The position numbers and the translations under genes were made by a program. Shown here piece after piece: positions 10,212 to 24,318 of a stretch of 64,000 nt of DNA; position 1 is the stretch's first letter, and each line of letters opens with the position of its first letter. Where the stretch lies: assembly GCF_964355755.1 (NCBI RefSeq), contig NC_092679.1:11763432-11827431 (forward strand). Direction: 5' to 3'. The notes below the pieces were generated by a model. That model searched no databases, was not told the DNA's origin, and saw only the letters and a list, made by a program, of their open reading frames with translations. Source of the stretch: Antedon mediterranea. Taxonomy: Eukaryota > Animalia > Echinodermata.

Positions 10212-13060
10212 TATTATAATTGTGAACTTCGTGATTAAATTTGAAAAGATGAGATGAAGGAGAATCAGCTGTCAAAGAGTCATAAATAAATTACATTTGT
10301 TGAAAAAGATTGATATCAGCTAATTTAAGAAAATTATGTACGGAAAAAATAGGGGAAGTATGAGAAAGACGATTCGAATGGGTAATTAGCCTAATGGCCT
10401 TTTTTTGTAAAATAATAAGTCTATCTATAGATGTCTGGTAATTATTAGCCCAAACAATATTGCAATAATTTAAGTAGTGCAAAATAAGAGAGCAATATAA
10501 TAAACGCAAAATTGTTAAAGGGATATAGTGAGAAAGCCTATAGATAATTCCTATATTTTTTTAAACCTTCGAAGCGACCGAATCAATATGACATTTCCAT
10601 GTTAATTTAGAGTCAAGAAAAACTCCAAGAAACTGGACGGTATCAGTGAGAGGAATATTAATATTATTTAACAAAATTAAGTTATTTCCAAGAATGAAGG
10701 ATTTGTTAGGACTGTGAAAAATAATAGCACTGCATTTTTTAAAGTTTACCGAAAGTTTATTAGCTGAAAAATATTTTAAAACAGACTTAAGTTTGTTATT
10801 AACAACATCAAATAGTGTATTAATGTCACTATGCGAATATAAAATAGTGGTGTCATCAGCATATAAGAAAGACGAGAGAATAGAGGAATTATAAAAATCA
10901 TTAATATAAATTATGAATAATAGAGGGCCAAGCAATGACCCTTGTGGAACGCCACACGAGATGGATCGGAAATCCGATGTATTATTATTGAATTTTGTGC
11001 ACTGAGTGCGGTCAAGAAGATAGCTCTTGAATAAATCAAGTGCAATCCCTCTAACGCCATAGTGAGAAAGCCTAGATAACAAGATGTTGTGGTCAATGGT
11101 GTCAAAAGCTTTCGATAAATCAATCAAAATTCCCATGGATAATTTATTTTCTTCAAAAGCATCTAAAATATAGTTAGTCAGCTCAATAAGTGCCATTGAG
11201 GTGGAGTAGCCTTTTCTAAATCCAAACTGATGCTGAAAGAGGACATTATTCTTTTGAAGAAAGGAATAAGTTCGATCATATATAATGCGTTCAAATAATT
11301 TCGAAAAAATAGAGAGAATGGAAATAGGGCGGAAGTTGCTGATTTCAGAGGTGTTACCGGGAGTTACAATAGCGCGCTTTAATTTGTCTGGAAAAATACC
11401 GCGTGAAATCGAAGAATTAAAGATATGACAAAGGGGTTTGGAAATAAAATATGCAGATTGTTTAATAACAAAAGTATTAAATCCATCTAAACCAGGAGCT
11501 TTGTTGTTGCCAAATGAGGAAATAATTTTGAGAATTTCATTTTCATCAACTGGGTTTATAAATAGAGACTGCGCAACGGAATTGGGTAAATAGTCAGTAA
11601 TACTAATATTGCGATCATGTGGAATTTTACTGGCAAGTGTGGGTCCAATGTCAACAAAAAAGTCATTAAAGCTATTAGCAATAATCTTTGGATCGCTAGT
11701 TAAGGTGCCATTACAATTAATACGTTTTACATTGTTGCTTTTGCTGGGAGTAGTATGAAGTACATTTCTAATTGCAGACCAAGTTTTTTTAATATTGTGT
11801 TGATGTTTGGTGAAGAGCTTAAGAAAGTAATCAGATTTTGAAGAGCGAATTATAGTAATGAGCAAATTACGATATCGTTTAAACATCGTTTTATTCTTAG
11901 ACGTTGAGTTTTTTAAAAATCTGGAATAAAGTTTTTGCTTGTGCTTAATCGATTTAAGAATGCTACTTGTAACCCAGGGCTGGATATTTACATTCTTTTT
12001 TAATTTGGACTTAAAAGGAAAACAGGTATTATAAATGTCATTTAAAGATGTTTCAAATAAGTTGTAAGCTGAATTTGGATCATTATTGGAAATAACATGA
12101 TCCCATGACGTTAAATAAAGTTTTAATTTAAATTTGTTAATATTTTCGGGACTGAAATTTCTAGAGGGTGGAAGTTCATGATTATTATATTGTTTATCAA
12201 TTGGAGTGTAAACAATATAAAACACAGGAAGATGATCGGTAGCATCGCAGAAGAAAGCTCCACTTAGATTTTCATATCGAAATTCGTTTGTATGAATATG
12301 ATCTAGGAGGGTTGCCGTTGTATCGGTCATTCTAGTAGGTCTGTGAAAAAGAGGTAGAAATGAGTTGCTAAAAAGAGAATTCATAAACATATTAACACGA
12401 TTATCATACTGGTATTGGATTAAATCGATATTAAAGTCTCCGAGTAAGTAAACAGATTTCTTTTCACCATTTAATTTAATTAATATATCATCAAACAAAT
12501 CAGAAAAATAATTAAAATCAAGACTACCAGCTCTATAAATACAACCGATAATAATATTAGATTGGGAGGATTGTTCAATTTCGATAAAGGTAGAATCACA
12601 AACAGATTCAGGCATGCTGACATCATGTCGAACTTTAAATTAAAGATGTTCGTGGACATATATACCAACACCACCGCCGCGCTTAAGTTCTCTGTTTTTA
12701 GAAACAAAAGCGTAATTTGGATTATCAGTGTCAAGCCATGTTTCACTACTTGCAATGATATCAAAAGTAAAATTAATGGATTTAAGAAACGTACATATAG
12801 AATCAATGTTACGTTGTAAGCTTCTAGAGTGTATCATTGATAGACAATTATTTCTATCAATATTTTTAGTTGCATTTATAAAATCATCAGAGTGGTAGTA
12901 TTTAGAAATAATTTTATTGGTGTAAAATTGATTATCAGGATCTCTTTCAGAATTTAAATTTTCAGCGTTCGAGAAGGGGTTAAATACAATATCATCATGC
13001 GTGCCCCTGGAGGGATGCGTAGGACGAGACGACATAGAACAATTAGACGGAACATTAAAC
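10212..13060 (-). mobile_element. L2/Crack-type LINE ORF2 (APE endonuclease + RT), frameshifted
   Basis: APE motifs SETWL, GGGVGIYV, LGDFNIDL, TLLDHI, TDHLPV. RT motifs KAPGLDG, FRPISIL, DLSKAFD, GVPQGSLLGPLLFIIYIND, YADDT. Split over ORFs 12640..13062, 10561..12615 and 10291..10509. Confidence 0.95.
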
Positions 13061-14124
13061 AAGATTCAGGAAGGATGTGTCTCAAAAATCGCAGATGATT
13101 TATACATTGGAGGCAATACACCCCAAGATATTCTTCTCAATTGGCAACGAACACTCTCTGCCTTATCGAAAAATAACCTACGCCTTTCGGCACGAAAGAC
13201 ACACGTCTGCCCTAAAACTACTACCATATTAGGGTTGATATGGTCAAATGGGACATTACGAGCCAGCCCACATAGGATTACAGCACTTACTTCAGTTAAA
13301 CCTCGAGCAACCATTAAAGGATTACGATCATTCGTCGGCGCATATAAGGTTTTAGCCGAGTCCTCAATGGCATTGTCGAAGTCCAAAGAGAAAAAGTATC
13401 TGCCAACAAGACGTTTCATTTGATGTTTGGATGGATGATGAAAACGGAGATGAACGGCGGTAAGAAGGCCATCGATAACATTACGGGGAACTACAATGCG
13501 GTCTCTAATAGGTTGGAATGGCTGTTTGTCGAGTACGACAAGAAGGCCGTCGCTAGCAACCGTGGCGGATCTTAGGTACCGCTTAACATCAGGAATCTTA
13601 ACCATTTTCTTAGATGGACGGGTTCCTTGTGTGAGGTATGAATGAGTGCGTCTAAGATCAGGACATTCTAATTGTGTGGCTAGCCAAGCTGCACGGTTAG
13701 TAAATGGCATTTTTGAAGTTCCTTCAATCACGTCGGAGACTGTAAATGCCCGCACCACGAAGTCTTCAATCTCTGCGATAAATTTGCAGATTTGGCATGA
13801 TTGGTCCGAACATTCAGGTGAGTTGCGGCTGGCAAAGTCTGTTGGAACGTTAGCAATTCCGGATATGTGTTGAACATCTACCATGTAGCGACTAATTAAT
13901 GATAAGAAGGTAGTGACTCTTGAGCTGGCAGAGGATTCACCACGTTTGTTTGTTTGTTATAGGCCTGGACGCAAGGACGGCTATCGGTGAGTACTTGAGT
14001 GGTGTGCAAAGATTGTATGATATAGGGTGCAAAATGTTGGACAGCTGAGCCAATACATAGTGCTTCTATCTCACATGGTAACCATGTGACCTGGTGTTTT
14101 CGAAGTTTTGCATTGAAAAAAAAC

Positions 14125-14445
14125 GGAGTGGAGCTGTGGCTTGGTGGTTATGATGCTTGGCTACCAATCTAAGGGTCCTGGGTTCAAGTCCTGTCATATT
14201 ATGTCAGGGTTTTTTTCTCATGACAATTTACAACTCCACTCCCAAAGACTTGATAATAAGTCTTTGTCTATGTAGAGCATCTTGTGTATATGTTTGTCTT
14301 ATATGTTCTAGTGCAGTATTTGGAGAGCCATCTCGATAGTGCTTTGCACTCATGGCAATCCTCAGGGTGCTGCACCGCTGTATTGTCATGTATTGTTGTG
14401 CCTGAAAATTGAATAAAATAAAAAAAATAAAAAAATAAAATAAAA
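14125..14445 (+). mobile_element. tRNA-derived SINE with LINE-like 3' tail
   Basis: Box A TGGCTTGGTGG, box B GGTTCAAGTCC, a 3' hairpin and an A-rich tail at ~14410-14445. Confidence 0.65.
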
Positions 14446-15619
14446 AGACTTGTAATAAGACTTTGTTTATGTAGAGCATCTTGTCTTGTTTGTCTTGTAA
14501 ACCTCTGAGGGTCCCTAATGATCAGCAATAGCTGGATGGATCACCCTCATTAAATATGGTTTTAAAAAAAAGCATTCCACATAGTCTTAAACTTCAGTCA
14601 ACATCACCTCTATCGATATCGCCAATTTGTGTTTGTTATCTGTGAAACTGTATCATCATATACTCTATCCTCTCTCATGACTTCGGAAACTCGCGATCAA
14701 CTACGTACTGCCATTGTTACTCTTTGCGCTGAACTAAGACCACTTAGGGACGATAATCTCACTATTCGACAACGCACCAGGTTTCCTCGGATTGGACCAA
14801 GATCCCATCTTAAGAGAACTGGGTATTAAGATTGAATTTGGTAGGGTTAAAAACATTAACAAAAATCTAGTTGCAGAAAACGCAGTCAAAGAACTCGGTG
14901 TTGAATGTCTTAATGTTAATCCTGAAGGAGACTCTTTAACACCTGTCAATCTCGCGATCGCTACTGCTAATTTGAATTCCAGAATTAGACAGGGTGGCCT
15001 ATCTGCACGAGAAATCTGGACTCAGCGGGACCAAATTACTGGACAACAATTGCCTATCGAAAACCGACAGCTCATCCAAGAAAGACATTTTCTCTCCGTT
15101 CAAAATCATGCTGCTAGCTCCAAGTCCAAAGCCCATGGTTCATCCACTCCTGCTTCTACAAATGGGTCTATCAATCTTGGTGATTTGATATTCTTGTATG
15201 GAGACCGAGACAAAACCAAACCTCGTGATAAGTATATGGTGGTAGAAATCTGGGACGACCGCTGTCATACGATGTCCGAATCTCAGATTGCTATCGTGTA
15301 CAACCAACATCATTTTTGCATTCACCTAACGATCGCATTCGAGGTTTACCTAACGACCCAGACTCTGATTCCGACTCACACGTTGACAACACCACTCCAC
15401 CAGTTGCTATAACTACACCGCCTCTCGAATTATCTTCTGACACTCACACTTTTAATGGCAATCCTCAACGTCGTTCTACTAGAAGCAAACAGGCGCCTAG
15501 ATGGCAAAACACTGAAGAATGGATATTAAACCCTTAGACTTTGCATTTGTTTTTAAAATTGGACTTTTATTTTGTTTTTATTTTTATGTTTTTGAAAGAA
15601 AGGTGGAAGGAAGAGGTTA

Positions 15620-15930
15620 TGTTTGTTGTTGTTGTTAGTTCATTTTTATACTGGGTGACCTCTTCAGTCAAAGACTGATCTCCCAGAGGGCTTAGTTGGT
15701 GATCATTGGCTGTGATGTACTAATACACCGGGGTAACCCTCTACTCGTCTCGAAAGATGTACTAGGTTCTTTAAAGTGCACACGAGCTAGTTGTGTACAC
15801 TGGACCTACGGTTTATAGTCCTTATCCGAGAAGACTCGTTCTACCACCAGAACCATGGAGTGAGTGAGCCTCGAACCCTTATGGCTAGGTAATTATGGTT
15901 CACTGTCTTAACCGCTCGGCCACTCACTCA
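15620..15930 (-). mobile_element. tRNA-derived SINE with Deu/Nin-like central domain
   Basis: Minus strand has box A TGGCCGAGCGG, box B GGTTCGAGGC, core GGATAAGGACTATAAACCGTAGGTCC...TTAAAGAACC...GAGTAGAGGGTTACCCCGGTGT and an (AAC)n tail; a (CACT)n run abuts the head. Confidence 0.75.
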
Positions 15931-16254
15931 CTCACTCACTCACTCACTCACGCATTGCGCCATCACACACGTCCTCGTGTGTTATTGTTTGTACAGTGCG
16001 CCACCTTGCGCCTTATCGAGGGACATTGTTTTTCTCTTGAGTTGTTTTGTTCGTGTTATATAGTCGGTTGATATTATATTCGTTTACACTTTAATAAAGT
16101 GTTCATATCTTCATAAAGTAGTAGTGTCTTTATTGCCGCTCCTTCTTTAGATTAAGGTAAGCATCACCTAAGGTAAGCTCAGCATCATTTTCCATTGCAT
16201 TGGTTGAAGACTTTTTTTCAGGCACGTTTAATCAAATAGATTATTATACAAGAG

Positions 16255-16729
16255 GCCTTCTTAAACGTCTTCCTATGACAAAACGGCCTACTGTGTTGCG
16301 GAATAATGTATTAATTATACCAACTAGGATGGTATTTATTTGAATAAACTCCCGGAACACCGCCCCAATAAAACATCAATTAAAATAATTATCGCCCATC
16401 CACATTTATACACACAATATTGTATTAAAATTTATAACACAATTATACTATTTTTAGTAGATTTCATCGGACTGTTATCTGCAATTTACCAAGCAGTTGT
16501 TATTCTTTTTTACCAATTTTTATATCTACAATAAACACTCTACACTGTGAAACAGGTTAGTGAGTAGGTTTAGTTTTACGAATATCAAGCATTTCAATAA
16601 TGGTAACCGACCGAAAACGTCCAGGCCAGAATGTCCTTCTAAAACCTTTTTACCTGAGTCATTATCATTCCGAGAACCATCATCTACTCTTCCTAGAGGA
16701 GGAGCGAGCGAAGCGAGCTCAGCCTCTAG
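16255..16729 (+). mobile_element. Helitron-like non-autonomous element, 3' part
   Basis: Ends with hairpin GAGCGAGCGAAGCGAGCTC then CTAG|T. A second copy is at ~45365-47494. Confidence 0.65.
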
Positions 16730-16735
16730 TATACA

Positions 16736-16945
16736 TAAAGCGTGGTTCTCACTAGCGACGCAACACAAGGACGTAACGCAACGCAAGTGAATTGACCAAT
16801 CACAAGCGATGGCTTATTCACTTGTGATTGCTAACTGTCTATAACTTCGCTTGTCATTGGTTAAGCGTGGTTCCCACTAGCGACGCAACACAAGGACGTA
16901 ACGCAACGCAAGTGAATTGACCAATCACAAGCGATGGCTTATTCA
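16736..16945 (+). repeat. Tandemly duplicated MITE end (period ~126 bp)
   Basis: AAGCGTGGTT(C/T)CACTAGCGACGCAAC...GGCTTATTCA occurs twice. Confidence 0.7.
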
Positions 16946-16950
16946 ATATA

Positions 16951-17735
16951 CAATAGTACGCACTATTAAAAGATAACTTAATAGTACGTTTTTTTGTGTA
17001 CGAAAAACAAAATCTGTTCTCGTTTCGAAAATATTTTTTTTATACTAATGCTTTTGAAATACAACAGCCCCACCGGCTATTTTAAACTATCGCCGCGAAT
17101 TGAATGTTAATGACTGGTATCGCGATGGAAGTACATTTTGGGAGAGATATAATAATGTACTAATTTAGATCAAAATGGCATTTAAATTAGCTTTAGATCG
17201 TTTGTGGGATTTTGATTAATTAATGGGAACATCTCCAAAAGACGTAGAATCGTTGGAAAAAACATAATTAGCCTAGATGAATTCCAGTTGCCTGTCGAAG
17301 TTTCGTATTTGGTAATGTTTTCTTTCAGCTTTGCTAGTAGGCCTAGACTATAGGCCTGTTATTAGTATTAGGCTAGGCATAGGCGTTTTAGCCTTGGTAG
17401 GCCTGTGATTGTTTAGTCGTTTTTTGACATACGGTAATTAACAATACAGTAGGTGTGTTTCTAACTCCATATAAATATAATATGTAATATAGGCCTATTA
17501 TTAAAAATCAAATGTTACTCTTTTAATCAATGCGAATCAAATGTAAGCCTTTGATAGGTCTAGGTACCTTATTTGATTCAAATAACAGGAATCTATTATA
17601 TAAAACAAATAATGAATGTTTTATCATATCATATTCGTGTAATGGTACAAATTATTGCATTTGGTGAATAATGAAATATTATATTTGAACTCAGCTTCTC
17701 CTCGTTGAAACATCACCTCATGCCATCGTTATTTG
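16951..17735. mobile_element. Interspersed repeat (Crypton-like non-autonomous), copy 1
   Basis: Aligns over ~750 bp with 53941-54690 and carries an AACTCRGCTTC..CTCGTTGAA motif. The family label is tentative. Confidence 0.6.
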
Positions 17736-18134
17736 TATAATAATATTATATGAATTTTTCGTCTTTTTTCCTTTTTTTGTCTTATGTGGGTTCATCCCAC
17801 TTTTATTTCCCTCATATACATTTTCATATAAATATAGTAATTTGTACATATTTTTTCTAACATTGTATTTTTCTTATCGTCTACATCGTTTACATACATT
17901 TTGTTGTTTTAATTTCTCTATCCATTTTCATTATTCATTTTCTCTTATAATTTATACATATCATCTTTGTTAGTTCTCATACATATTTTCTACATCTATT
18001 TCTTTCTTTATAGGCTACATACATTATCATTTAACACAATTTATGTTTAATAATATATTATTAACTTAGACTATTTCTCCCCCCTCTTTTTAACAGTTTT
18101 ATCTTTTTAAATCTCACAAGAATGTGCATATAGC

Positions 18135-18979
18135 CAAAGAATATATAGGCCTATCACAAGAATGAGTATTCCGTGATTTTTGCATGAGAAATTTGTAACA
18201 GAGAGCTCCAGTGAGTGATGCCCGCCCTCATAAGGGCGGATGTATACATACTAAATAAGACTTGATTTAATAGATATTATACATGCCACATTAAATAGAA
18301 TTATGATACTGGTTTTTGCAATTGTAAACTATTTTATAATACATATTTATTAACAAACTAGTGTACATTCACTTTTACAGACAATTATTTACTAACATGC
18401 TAAGTTTAGTTCACAAAAAAGGCCTAACACAGCAACACCAAAAATCAACGAATCGTTACTCAGCACGGCCTATTCTTTACCATTGCCGTGTACTACTCTA
18501 CGCCCGGTAAATTAAGTATTGTTTTTATGATATAAATTAGTATAAAATACATGTTATTAATAGGACAAAATGTTAAATGTCATTAACATTTATTTGTTTT
18601 ACCAGAAACAAGTTAAATATAGGAATATTACTAAACTATCCTTCGTGAAAACGCGTAAACACCAACACGCCCGGTCACGCTATCGTAGCGCCCGGTTGAT
18701 AAAGCAAACTGTTTATACGGCAGTTTTTACTAAATAAATTGCATAAAACGAACAATTAAATATCCAAATAGTATTTAACATGATGTTGGCATGTAGTTGA
18801 TAACATTTTTTATCATGAAAATACTACCGGTGGTCTGAGCCTTTGATTATTGAAACCGTCACAAAAAGTTGCATACATCCCAGATACATCCACACTTATA
18901 GCGGCGCCCTACCACATGGACAATATTACTGTTACAGGGAAAATCGCGGATTACTCATTCTTGTGATATATATTCTTTG
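18135..18979. mobile_element. P-element-like MITE
   Basis: TIRs CAAAGAATATATA...TCACAAGAATGAGTA with 7-bp TSD ATATAGC on both sides. Confidence 0.75.
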
Positions 18980-20795
18980 ATATAGCCTATACATATTTAT
19001 CACATACATGTAACATTGATAAATACACATTCAACTACTCATACATATATAGACAATACAAAAAGAAATACATTGCAAATGTTTTACTTTATCATTTTGA
19101 AATTACATATTCATTTATTATCTCACTTTTTGTAGAATCAAAGCTTTGATACTCACAGCATTGACATTTTTCCAGTAATCTGCATTTGGATTTATACCTA
19201 TCTATATGCAACTCTACAAAACACAAAAATTTATCAATGCTTTTTGTAATAATAATTTAAAATACTACAGTTTTTATTAACCAAATTTTCTATTTACAAA
19301 CATTTTTTTTTATCTAATAATAAATATCTACAAAAAGCTTTTCAAACATTGTCTTTTTTTTAAATCAAGTCCAATACATATTTGATTTAGTTTTATCTTC
19401 TTTAGTAATAGTATATATGTATAGTAATACATGGATAAAGTATTATATTATACCATTACACTTATACAAAATTTTTCTAGCAGTACAATCATTCTAATAC
19501 TAAAGATGAGAAAATTAAGTTAACAATATTGCTAGAACATTTAAATAACTGCATAAATAATTAATATAGTGAGATTAATACATTAATATATGGTAATACA
19601 CCATATTTGCAACATAAGCTAAAATAATTTAATGTAACTAGATGGTAGTCGTGCCCACAGATGGTTCTCGAATACATAGTGATTTTAGCGGTAAAAAACT
19701 GGCGACTTCAAATGTACTTGCAGGACAATAATACATGTCGTTTACAGGAACGAATAAATAGACGCGGTGATTTATGTACTCAACTAAAATTAGCACCCTG
19801 GGAATTACTTCCAAAAGAGAAACTTGTCACAAAATAAGACCAATTGTTTTGTAACAAACTGAATTTGGATTTTGTATGTAACATTAGGGTTGATGGATGG
19901 GGAAGAGGATGGGTGCAAAGACGAACAATTTTTAAATGTATTCACTAAACACAGTAAAACATTGCGATTTAATACTTTGTTGAAACTGTCACCGTCATAG
20001 TCGATTGAAATAGTACAGTATATGTAACGATACATCACTAATATGACGTTTATATTTTTTTGTAATTACATTATTAATTAATACAAACGTTCAGAAGAAA
20101 CTGTCAGTAATAAAGTAAAGACCTCTATTCGTGGTAAATCGTAAATTCGCTTTAATCGTCAATAGATAATTATCTAACTCAACTTAATTAGTAGGCCTAA
20201 TTAGCTTATATCGCACATCTGCGACACTGAAGCTGGTAGGTACCACCAGCAACATTATTACAGTACATTATGTTATTTTGGTTAATGATTACGTAAATAT
20301 GATTCCATTTTACATATGAAATAATAGTTGATGCTGCTTTAGCTTGTCTGTTCCGAACAAAAAACGAAAAAAAAATGATGAAAATCCGTCTCGATTTAGT
20401 AGAGGTAACATATTTAGTTGAAGTTTCATTAATTAATAGGAAATACTCTGCTTCAATGCGTTGCGCATCACTGACCGTTTCATGAATTTTGGACCCTCTC
20501 GTAATTATTTGTTTTGGTTATTAATTAACCAAAAACTCGTTTTACATTACGTAACGTTGTTTTATTATTTCAGCGATTTGTTTACTTGGATATTTGGGAT
20601 TCAACTGTGTTATTATTGATTGATGTTGGTTGGGGGTTTTAGATGTGAATCTGAGTCGATTATTGTCACAGTCATATTTTATTTAAAGGCATTGATTGAC
20701 TTTTTGAAACGTGATTTCACTTTCTAAAATCATTTGTAATTAAATTATATTTTGCAATTTGGATTTACTGTATTTCGTAATTATTGATGTTTAGG

Positions 20796-23622
20796 ATGAC
20801 GGCTGAGCCTGCACCGTTCGATCATGAAGATACCAATACAGACGATAGACCGTCCCGCTTCAAAAAGTCAATATCTGGAGGCTTCAGTGTAACTGAGAAG
20901 GTTGCACAATACGATGCGTGGGCAAATAAATATGACGAGGTATAATATTGTGACGATAATGGATGCAGGACAACAACAAAATACGCACAATTTATTAGCG
21001 TTTGTTGAACGCGCGAGAGACAATTTTAAGCCTGAATATAGATAACCTGACAGAATTACTTTCTTCTGTGATTACGGACATTTGAATATAGCCTCGGAAG
21101 CATATATATTATACTTTTTTTCTTTTAAGGATATGAGGTCATATGGTTATACAGGACCGGAAATAGCTGTCGAATATATGAAGAGGTATTTTAAAGATAC
21201 TAACGGCAAATATTTGGATTGTGGAGCCGGTACTGGACCTTTAGGTGTACATGTACGTTTTTTTTTACTCTTTTTAGATGTAGTCCTAAACATAATTATT
21301 AATATTAGAAATTAACAGAAAAATGACAAAACCTTTTCTTTTATTACAATTATAGTTACTTGAATTTAGATTAATATATAATCTATCATTGAATGAATAA
21401 TGTGGTAGTTAACCACAAAAGATTTAAAAAAAATATAATCTATCGTTCCATTTCTATTCTGTGTTGACTAGATTAAGAAGTTGGGGTACACAGACTTCCA
21501 CGCACTCGATGCATCCAGCGTGGCACTGGAAAGGCAAAATCCAGATCAGCATATACTAAATTTATTGAAGAATTCATTACTACAGGGAAACTTAGCATAG
21601 AAACAGGTATGACAGTTAGTAGCGGAGGGATGAGCAGACTTTGTTTATAGTCGTTTAGGTCTACCTACATTTCCTATTATATGGATTTAGTTTTAAGACT
21701 CGCTTTTAGATTATAATCACTTCCTGAGAAAACCAAAAAATGTTACACTCCAAACTTTTTTTTTCTCTTTTGTGAGGTTCACTCACCTTTATTTCATTTC
21801 AAAACCTAATCATTTTGATAAATAAATAATTGTTTTTTTATGTTTGTTTATTATCTTTTTAACTATATAAATATTTTCATTTATTAAGTTTCGCCTTACA
21901 TCTTTAAAAAAAAACTCTGTAAGAGATCATTTATACATTTACATTACATATAAACTGAAACAATATCAATAAATAGAGAATCAAAAGCAACTCAATAACT
22001 AGTTTCTTGTATAGTATAGCATTTTCCGTGCTTCTTGTTTACTCTCCTTTTTATTGTTTTTTCTTTTTTTTTCTCTTTCTGTTTTATTTACACTCCAAAC
22101 TTAATGCTAAGACAAAAATGATGAAGATGGTTTTGGCCGTTGGAGTTGCTGACAAAAATGTTTTTTTTTACTTACTATGTCAGAATGTAAAATCGACAAT
22201 AACTTTCTTTTCCCGAATTCTAGATACATATGATGGTTTGTTGTGTTGTGGTTGTTTTGTTCCTAGCCATTTAGAACCAGATTGTGTTGAAGATTGGTGC
22301 CGTATTGTTAAACCAGGTACCGATAAAATGATGTGTTCACCAGTTGATTAAGTCAATTTGTTAGACTTTATCTGAGTACAGTATATATAACTAGCATTTT
22401 AATAGACCTTAGATTTTGGAAAATTTGGAGCATTTAATAGATATTTGTTGAGCGACTGACACATTATGATGACTACGTCACCTTTAAATAGAAGTTCCAT
22501 TGCGTTATGCACCCTACTTCATGTGGTTTCCCTTCAACGACTTTATGTTTTATGCCAGTATGCTCACGATGTAGACTCATAATTGTTGAAATCAATAGCA
22601 TATTAACATTAATGTAACTTATCTAAACCTGCAATCCGTATTTGGTCAACCATGTTCTTGTTACTGCAAAGTTATACTGTGAATAATTTTCTACTTTGAG
22701 AAAAGCGCTTAGCTACATTTTTTTCGAATTGAGATTTTTGTCTTATTTGACCTAAGTTAGGCCTATACTTTATCACTTGAATTGATCAGTTATCCCAAAA
22801 TATGTCAATAAATATGAAATTTATAATAATAATAATTATTATAATAATAATAATTATTATAATAATAAAAATATTTTGACAAAAGGCCTCAACTACAGCA
22901 ACTGAATAACAGTATGATGAACCGAATATAATATAATGATGCAGATTAATGCTCATATTATATGTAAAGCCTTTTTCATATATTTTGTAATTTTTTTTAC
23001 AAATTACCTGATCTAAATTACATTTATAATTTATTTCAACTAAAGTTTCTAAATGTTTTGATAAATTTTGATAAAAAAATCAAACAAAAAATTGCAAAAA
23101 TGCCCTGTTTTCGAAGTATTTCCCGTCATTTTTAAGTTTAAATAATTTGTGAAAAGGCTTTATCTGCAATTTGACATCCCCAAAATAAAAAAAAATAATA
23201 ATTGAAAATTGTGTCGGATATTTTTCAATAATGTAATTTTGAAATATATTAATTTGAAAATAAAATACTACATGAACTGTTGTAAGGAAAAACAAAACCC
23301 GTTTTGGTCAATTACTCAAAAGTAGCTTTTTGTAAATACCCCTTTTCTCAAAGTACAGCAGTATTGGTTTTCATGTTGAAGCTCTATTCCATTTTAAAAA
23401 TAAATTATCTGAATATTTTCGTTTGCTTCATTAGGTGGAATTGTGTTCATTGTAATGAACCAACGATGGCTATCGCAAGAACCAGCTTACAACGAAGGGA
23501 AACTTGATGGTGCCTTCCAGAAACGTGTCGACGAAGGCAAATGGGAGTTAGTAGTTAGAGAACAGAGAGATAAATATCTAACCGAGAATGTAGCAGAAGT
23601 ATTTGTTTTTAAAGTGAAATAA
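20796..23622 (+). pseudogene. METTL27/WBSCR27-like SAM methyltransferase, copy 1, frameshifted in exon 3
   Basis: GT-AG exons 20796-20939, 21130-21252, 21472-21606, 22224-22316, 23435-23622. Motifs YDAWANKYD, LDCGAGTG, LDAS, RIVKPGG. Exon 3 is 135 nt versus 136 nt in copy 2 (G missing at 21530/21531), giving a premature TAG. Confidence 0.8.
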
Positions 23623-24318
23623 CAAATGTGTAACACTTCATGTGAAAACGATGTTTTAAATGGTAATATAACAATTAATTTAGATATTAGACATAATAAT
23701 ACATTTTAGAAACGTTGAAAATGATGAGATATGTGAGTGCTAAAATAAAATTAAAATTCTGGGCTGGGCTTTCATGGTTGGTATGTTCGATTGGCTCTAA
23801 CCGCTCACACCATTGATAAATACTGAAATTACTAAGAAAGTTTCTTCTAGTTCGATTCTCACCTAGAAATCATGTATAATTATATATTGTACACCGTTGA
23901 AATGTATTAATTTAATCAATCAGATGAATATAAAAGTTCCGAAAATGAATGAATGAACAAAATATGGAATTGACTGATCTTGTGGTTTCCTAGCTTCGTT
24001 CACATGAGGTTTTATCGTGCTTTCGTATCGTGATATTGAATATCACGTTAACAGGAAGAGCGTTCACATAGAATTTAACATCGTGATATAAGTATGCTAA
24101 TGAGGTGCACTAATGCGTGAAAGGCCAAACACACATGTTCGGAGCACACGTGAGAAGGAATTGTTTTTTGTAGTGACGTGGGCCTAGCCTTTATGTAGTA
24201 GCTATTTAGCCAGCAGGCCTAAGATAACAAATAATATTAACTAATAGGCGTTGTCCATCGTTCTCTTGCGGATGAGCCATGGCATCTTTGCCTCAAATAT
24301 TTCGTGTCAAAAAGTAGG

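Larger units (their letters stand above)
13061..16187 (+). mobile_element. Rearranged Gypsy-type LTR retrotransposon relic (RT end, inverted RNaseH/IN-ZF block, IN core, PPT, 3' LTR remnant)
   Basis: [11 protein letters not shown]...[10 protein letters not shown] on + (13061-13357); [30 protein letters not shown] on - (13358-14120); integrase core ...DNAPGF...NKNLVAENAVKEL on + (14614-15300); purine tract ~15594-15616; LTR-like tail with AATAAA ending in CA at ~16187. Confidence 0.82.

Noticed and set aside
14125-14200. tRNA gene candidate (also ~15860-15930)
   Set aside because: A and B boxes are present, but there is no convincing acceptor stem and each is followed by a SINE body and tail.
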